Assembly (NCBI GenBank): GCA_963841435.1
Contig: CAWJCS010000001.1
Coordinates: 358,597-422,596, forward strand
Direction: 5' to 3'
Length of the DNA stretch: 64,000 nucleotides
DNA from: an uncultured delta proteobacterium
GTDB taxonomy: Bacteria > Myxococcota_A > Polyangia > Polyangiales > Polyangiaceae
How positions within the stretch are numbered: position 1 is the first letter of the stretch; each line of letters opens with the position of its first letter. The notes beneath the pieces are model-generated. The model was not told the origin of the DNA. It ran no database searches and saw only the letters and a list, made by a program, of their open reading frames with translations. This document shows positions 57,201 to 64,000 of this stretch, piece by piece. The translations under genes and the position numbers were made by a program.

Positions 57201-60200
57201 ACTCCGCTCGACTCCAACGACCAAAACCCGTGCACGGACGACGCTTGCGACCCCGTCAACGGCGTCACTCACACCCCGAGCGCTGCCGGCACGCTCTGCC
57301 TGGATGCCAACGTCTGCGACGGCAGCGAAACCTGCGACGGCGCGGGCGCCTGCCAACCCGGCACCCCCCTCCCAGTCGACGACGACAACCTCTGCACCGC
57401 CGACGCCTGCGACCCGACGCTCGGCATCCAGCACGACCCCGTTTCCGCAGGCACGAGCTGCAGCGACTACGACCAATGCAACGGCGCCGAGACCTGCGAC
57501 GCCACGGGCGTCTGCCAGCCCGGAACCCCGGTGCCGATCGACACGACGAACCCCTGCAGCATCGGCAGCTGCGACCCTCTGACGGGAGTCGTCACCTACA
57601 ACCCCACGCCCGCCGGCACCGACTGCTTCCTCGACGCCTGCACCCTCGCCACCTGCAACGGCTCCGGCGAGTGCACGGCGTCGGGCTCGAACATAGAGGA
57701 CGACGGCGATCCCTGCACCATCGAGTGGTGCGACCCCGTCCTCGGCCCCCAGGTGAAGAGCTGCAGCGCCATCGACCCCACCGTGGGCACGACGCTCCAC
57801 GAATCGATGAAATGGATCTACGAGCAGCCGAACCCGGTGCAGGTCGGCGTTGCGCCAGGGACCATCGTGGTCGAGCGTGCGGCGCTCATCAGCGGCATTG
57901 TGACCGCACGCGACAGCTCCGTGTTGCCTGGAGTACGCGTAACGATCTTGAACCATCCCGAGTTCGGCTACACCACGAGCAGGGTCAACGGCCACTTCGA
58001 CATGGTCGTCAACGGCGGAGGGGATCCTCGTGGCGCAATACGAGAAGCCAGGCTACCTCGACGTTCAACGCCCGATCACGACCGTGTGGGGCGAGTACGT
58101 GACCGCCCCCAACGTCGTCATGATCACGTCCGACCCGGTGGTGACGCCAATCGACTTGACGAACCAATCCGCAGCTTTCCAGGTTGCGCAAGGTAGCGTG
58201 CAGACTGATGCAGACGGTTCCCGGAGGGGCACCGTGCTGGTCCCCTCTGGGACCCAAGCAACGATGGCGGTACCCGGAGGCGGGTCGGTTCCCCTGGCGG
58301 CGATGAACGTGCGGATCACCGAATTTACGGTCGGCGATAACGGTCCGGACGCGATGCCGGGCACGCTGCCGCCCGAAAGCCACTACACCCACGCCTTCGA
58401 GGTCAACGCCGACGAGGCCATCGCCGCGGGGTCGTCCGGGATCACCTTTTCGACGCCACTCGTGTATTACGTCAACAACTACCGGCAGTTTCCGGTTGGG
58501 ACGCCCGTTCCATTCGGTTCCTACGACAAGGGCACCGCCGTCTGGAACGCTGAAGAGACTGGTATCGTCTTGGAGATCGTCGGGGAAGCGGGTGGCCTCG
58601 CCGACGTCAACGTCACCGGCGATGGCCTCGCGGACACGGGTGCCGCCCTGGCCGCGTACGGCATCACGGACGCCGAGCGAGGACAAATGGCTTCGCTGTA
58701 CGCGGTCGGACAAACGCTATGGCGTGTCCGATTCAGCCACGCGACGCCGTTCGACTGCAACTGGCCGATACGGTGTGATGACTGCCCCGACCCGAACAAT
58801 ACGCCGCTGCCCGATCCGGATCCGCAGGACCCCTGCCAGTCGGGCGGCTCGATTATCGAGTGCGAAACCCAGGTGCTCAAGGAGCGGATCGCCGTCGCGG
58901 GAACTCCTTTCTCATTGAACTACGCTAACAACAGAACACCCGGCCGGAGGACCACCTATCAGGTGACCGTTCCACCGATTCCCCGAACCATGTCCCTGCT
59001 CTTCTCGAAAGCGGAGGCGACCTTGGGGTCGCGCCGGCTTGCAACTTGGCTTGCCGATCCCAACGACACCTCCAGCGTCACCGTGCAGTGGGACGGCAAG
59101 GACGCATTCGGCAGAACGCTCCAGGGTGCGCAGGCGCTCTCCGTTAGCGTCTTTGCGGGATACGGCGGTTGCTATGTTCGTCCGTCGGGTGGCTGGGCCC
59201 AAAGTGGAGAGCAAACTTGTTACTCCGGACAAATTACCATCTGGCGACAACGACATTGGACGGTTCCGATCGGCGCATTCGATCCTCGACCACTCGGTCT
59301 CGGCGGGTGGACCCTGGATGTGCACGACGTCTACGAACCCGCGCTCGAGCGGCTTGAGCTGGGGAATGGGGACCGCCAGATCCAGTCTGCAATGCCACGC
59401 GTGATCAAGCAGCAGTTTCCCAAACCTGGGACGACGACGTCGATCGGGGTTGGGCCGAGCATTGCGACCGCCCCAGACGGTTCGATCTACTTCACGAACG
59501 GTGAGAGCATTCGGCGCACCACGGCAACCGGGTCGGTTCTGGTCGCGGGAAATGCCAATAGCTCTGGTTTCGCCGGCGACGGCGGTCTCGCCTCCGATCC
59601 AAGCGTCCGCTTCAACAACATCCGAGATCTCGAGCTCGGCCCAGACGGCTCCCTCTACATCGCGGATCACTTGAACCATGCGTTGCGAAAGATCGGAACC
59701 GACGGCATCTTGCGTACGGTCGCTGGCGTTGGTGGCACGCAGGGTCACACGGGTGACGGCGGCCCGGGAACCCAGGCGCTGATCGACAGGCCGAACTCGA
59801 TTGCGGTGGAACCCGGCGGAGCCGTTTATTTCGTCGAACTGGACAGGACCATCCGAAAACTGTCGCCGGATGGCATCATCACGACCATTGCGGGCGTGTC
59901 TCCATACATCGGCTGCACTCCGCTGCTGCCGCCCGACGGTTCCGTCGCCAAACAGACAATCTTGTCGCCGGAGACCCTCGCGATCTCGCCCAATGGGGTG
60001 CTGTACGCGGGAATCGCGACAGATACTTCCGCTTGCGGCTCTGGCGGGCTGAATAGGATCATTCGGATCGAGAACGGTCAGATCTTCCACGTGGCCGGGC
60101 AAGGTTGCGCATCCACGAGCGCATCTTGCCAAGCGCGACTCATTGACGGGCTCGACGCTAAGCAAGCAGCGGTCTCGCCGGTTGGCCTCGCTTTCGACAA

Positions 60201-63200
60201 GTATGGCCAGCTCTACTTCGCTGCTGCTAGCTCTTGTCTCGCGCCCGCCCTCGATGCTCCCTGCAATCGCATTCGAACGATCGACTCGCAGAACATCGTG
60301 AGAACCGTGGCCGGAAACCTGGAGGGGAACGGCCCGACCTTCTACGAGGGAGCCCTCGCTCCGTACGCCCAGGCCAATACCAGGGTCTGGCGATCTGCGG
60401 CGATGGCTCTTTCTGCGTTCCCGTCAGCGGCGGACTGGGCAGCCTGCTCAAGCTGACCTCGCCATTGCCATCCGAAAGCGGAGCAGCCTTCGCGATTGGT
60501 TCCAAATCGGGCAACGAAATCCTCGCCTTCGATCAGCTCGGCCGTCATCTCTCGACGAAGGACGCGATGACGGGCGCCAACGTTTACCGCTTCGACTATG
60601 GCGTCGGGCACACGCTGTCAGCCATAACCGACCGCGCTGGACAGGTGACTCAAATCGAGCGCGATGCGACCGGGACGCCGACGGCCATCGTGGGTCCGTT
60701 CGGCCAGCGGACGGCGCTCTCCCTCGATGCGAACGGCTACCTTCAGGAGATCCGCGACCCTGAAGGCAATTCCACCACGATGACCTACCAGAACGGCCTG
60801 CTCACGAGCATGACGAACGGCCGCGGCGAAACGAGCACGATGAGCTACGACGCTCTCGGAAGGCTCGCGCTCGATGCGGACGCTGCTGGCGGCTACCAGC
60901 AACTCTCCCAATCCGGCGACTACACCGACTGGAGCGTGTCGCGCAGCACCGCCCTTGGTCGCACCACGACATACCAAACCCAGATCCTGCCGGACTCCGT
61001 GGGCGTCTCGCGAACCGTAACGACGCCCGATCTCCTGCAACAGACGAGCGCGGACACACCCGAGTTCCTGAAACAAAACTCACTCGCCGACGGAACTCAG
61101 ATCAGCGTGGCCAAGAATTCCGACGCTCGCTTCGGTCTGGTCTCGCCGATCGAGTCTCGCACGACCGTCCTGCCGTCGGGCTTGACCTCCGTCGAAGCCA
61201 ACGCCCGCCAATTCACCTCGTTGAACCCCAACGACCCCTTGGACTTCCTGGCCATGGCGAGCACGCGCGTCCTGAACGGACGAACCTGGACCACCAACTA
61301 CGTCAAGTCGAGCCGCACCTTCACGGACGTCACCCCCGTCGGCCGCACCACCACGCGCATCATCGACACGCTCGGCCGCACGACGCGCACCCAAGTGACC
61401 GGCCTCGCGCGCATGGACTACCAATACGACACGAACGGCCGCCTCCTTCGAACCATCCAGGGCACCGGAACCCTCGCCCGCACGACGGACTACGGCTACG
61501 TCCCGAGCGGCTCCTCGGCTGGCTACCTCCAAAGCATCACCGACGCGCTCACCGTCCCGACCACCTACGGCCGAGACGCCCTCGGCCGCACCCTGATCGA
61601 AACGCGCGCCGGAGCCACGACGGGCTTCACCTGGGACCCCGTGAGCAACCTCGCGACGGTCACGCCCCCCGGCAGACCCACCCACGGCATGACCTACACG
61701 CCCGTGGACCTGCTGGAAACCTACGCCCCACCCCCCGCCGGCCTGCCCGCTGCGAGTACGAGCTACACTTACGACCTCGACCGCATGCTCCGCACGGAAA
61801 CCCGCCCCGACGGCGTGCAAATCGTCAGGACGCCCGACAGCGCCGGCCGCCTCGACACCGTCCAAATCCCCGGCGGCATGCTCGACTACGCGTACTACCC
61901 GCCCGGGACCCCGAGCGGAGCTGGCAAGACGAGCGACATCCTCGGGCCGTACGGGACCAACCTGCACTTCACGTACGACGGCATGCTCACGACGCAGACG
62001 ACGTGGAGCGGCAACGTCACGGGCAGCGTCGCCTGGCAGTACAACACGGACTTCAACAAGATCCTCGAGACCGTGACGGGCGCGAGCGGCACGGCGCAGA
62101 CGGTGTTCGGCTACGACAACGACCAATTGCTCACGTGCGCTTCACCGGTGAGCTGCGCGGCACGTCCGCGGCCAATGCGCTCCGGCTCACGCGGAGCGCG
62201 CAGAATGGCCTCATCACGGGGATCGCGCTCGGCAACACGACGGAGACGCTGTCGTACAACACCTTCGGCGAGCTCGCGCGGCAGACGGCGCAGTACTCGG
62301 CGACGCCGCTCGCCGACATCACGTACGACGCTGCGGGCGTCGAGCGGGACAAGCTCGGGCGGATCGTGCAGAAGACGGAGGTGCTGGGGTCACGAAGGTC
62401 TACCAGTACACGTACGACGCGCTGCGGCGGCTGACGGACGTGACGATCAACGGGGTGCTCGATGAGCACTTCGAGTACGACGCGAACGGCAACCGGACGG
62501 CGGGGTACAAGGCGGGGCGCGGCACTTGGACGGGGACGTACGACGACCAGGACCGGTTGCTGAGCTACGGGCCGTAGGTGTTTACGTACACGGCAAATGG
62601 GGAGATGGAGACGAAGACGGATACGTCCACGGGGGAGGAGTGGATGTTCCAGTACGATGCGCTCGGGAATTTGCTGACCGTGGGGTTGCCGAATGGCGAC
62701 TTGGTGGAGTACTTGGTGGACGGGATGGGGCGGAGGGTCGGGAAGAAGAAGAACGGGGTGCTGCTGAAGCAGTGGGTGTATCGGGATGCGCTGAAGCCGG
62801 TGGCGGAGCTCGATGGGGCGGGTGCGCTCGTGGCGGAGTACGCGTACGGGTCGAAGGGGAACGTGCCGGATTACGTGGTGCGGGGGGCGCGACGTACCGC
62901 GTTGTGAGCGACCATCTGGGGTCGCCGCAGGTACGTGGTGAACGTGGACGAGTCGGCGATGTGCCGTTCAGTGCGGGCTACTCGGCGTTTGGCGAGGTGA
63001 CGGGGGCGGGGCTCGATTGGATGCCGTTTGGGTTTGCGGGGGGGATTTATGATGGGGACAGCGGGTTGATACGGTTCGGGGCACGCGACTACGACGCCGT
63101 GGTTGGGAGATGGACGGCGAAGGAGCCGCTCCGCTTCCTGGCGGCGGACAACTTGTACGTCTACGTCCTCAACGACCCGGTGAACTTTCTCGGTTCAACC

Positions 63201-63461
63201 GGACTCAATCCTCAGGGGGCCGGGGGCGACCCGGGATCGGGCGAGGGTGGGAGTCGGGGAACCGACAGTGGACCTGCGCCGAATCAGCCCGGGCGTCCCG
63301 CGACCTGCTCCGAGTGCAAGGCCATCGCATACTCCTTTTTCGCGATATGTGGCAAGACGGCGGGGTCTTGCCCACCGCCGGTGAACGTCCCGGGCATAGG
63401 TGTATGCGTTTGGATGTTCAAACAACTGAATGACACCTGCAACAAGCGCTACTGCTGGTGA
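54235..63461 (+). CDS. Giant teneurin-like YD/RHS repeat lipoprotein (~3,000 aa; interrupted here by ~8 indels and one TAG)
   Basis: Stitched from ORFs 54235, 54449, 54792, 58030, 60234, 62003, 62578 and 62526. Order: LAGC lipobox; CBM-like domain; Cys-rich repeats; ISGIV..RD...LPGVRVTIL.HPEFGYT.SR.NG.FDMVVNGGG; LGLGGWTLDVHD.Y; NHL repeats (GPDGSLYIAD, GDGG); YD repeats; FGARDYD..VGRWT.K.P...NLY.YV.NDPVN RHS core. Confidence 0.88.
55500..57610 (+). repeat. 13 tandem 162-bp (54-aa) Cys-rich repeats
   Basis: C(N/D)G.E.C motif recurs at 55533, 55695, ... 57477 with an exact 162-bp period; unit C.DA.VCNGAETCD..G.C..GTP...DD.NPCT.D.CDP..GVSHTP...GT. Confidence 0.92.
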
Positions 63462-63921
63462 CCAAGCATCGCGTCTACTCGTTCTTCAGCGTCGCCGTGT
63501 TGGTCTTTGTGGCCATTCGCAACTCGGCAGCGACTGTCGCCTATCGGAGCAGGGCCTGTGGTTGGAGCAGTGCTATCTCGGGCGCTCTCCAAGCGCCGAT
63601 GGCATGCGAGACCCTGGTTGCTCTTCCTACTTGTTCTCACGTTGTACCCGGTAGCGAGCTGGCTCTTGGAGCACTCCGGTTCCAGCGCTGTCGATCCGTT
63701 CGTGGCGGTCTGTGCGGTGGTCGTGGGCGCATCGGCCGGCTCGACTCCTGGCCCGTCATCCAAAGAGACCTTCGGAGCGCGCGAATTTTTTGGCACTAGC
63801 TATGATCGGAGCGCTTGTTCGCGGCACGGTCGCTCCCCATAGTTTCCTCCCCTTGGCGCTAGTTCCCCTCGGCATTGCAACCGCAATCACGCTGCACGGA
63901 TACCTGCGGAAGTGGCGTTGA
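63458..63921 (+). CDS. Small multi-pass membrane protein, candidate immunity protein (two apparent frameshifts)
   Basis: GTG overlaps the TGA of the RHS gene. Hydrophobic segments lie across ORFs 63458, 63507 and 63712 (VYSFFSVAVLVFVAI; PWLLFLLVLTLYPVASWLL; PFVAVCAVVVGA; FLALAMIGALV; FLPLALVPLGIATAITL). Lower GC than the window. Confidence 0.55.
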
Positions 63922-64000
63922 TTTGATTTCCTGCGGCAAGGCGAGCGTGGTCAAGGAGGAGCCCGCGCCGTGCAGCCCGAATCGCGGGCGAACGAGACTT

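Noticed and set aside
55500-57610. Regular repeat array as a possible CRISPR
   Set aside because: Units are contiguous in-frame coding repeats with synonymous variation; there are no unique spacers and no cas genes.
54918-57995. 1025-aa minus-strand ORF and many other long antisense ORFs (e.g. 48367..50880, 24843..26954)
   Set aside because: Shadow ORFs of high-GC genes with no recognisable motifs.
62575-62577. In-frame TAG in the YD region as recoding (pyrrolysine/readthrough)
   Set aside because: A single TGG>TAG change in an error-dense segment; other genes here use TAG as a stop.

Overview
High-GC window that looks like a Myxococcota (Polyangiales/Sorangium-like) chromosome. This is inferred from the Gly-rich lipoproteins, Ser/Thr kinase-TPR/PEGA modules, an FHA-sigma54 activator and many Cys-rich proteins. 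About 45 coding regions are supportable. 1-27 kb is accessory, with secreted and signalling genes: GH43-ricin, FHA-bEBP, kinase/TPR-PEGA/Cys-rich lipoprotein, ECF/anti-sigma, BNR protein, beta-CASP, VOC, DUF924, cysK. 27-54 kb is more housekeeping-like: Btu/Fec-type ABC, coaX, PLP enzyme, dgkA, cyclophilin, FKBP, MFS, S41 protease, pcnB, FHA protein, S26, trypsin, proB, beta-propeller lipoprotein, two DUF4139 genes. The main feature is 54.2-63.9 kb. It holds a ~9.2 kb gene, split here by several indels, for a lipid-anchored teneurin-like YD/RHS protein: CBM-like domain, 13 tandem 54-aa Cys-rich repeats, FN-plug-like, NHL, YD shell, RHS core and a small Cys-rich C-terminal payload. A translationally coupled candidate membrane immunity gene follows it. 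A dozen or more single-base frameshifts across the window look like long-read or assembly errors rather than real pseudogenisation. No rRNA, tRNA, CRISPR array or transposase was seen. All family assignments come from motif recognition by eye; no database searches were run.
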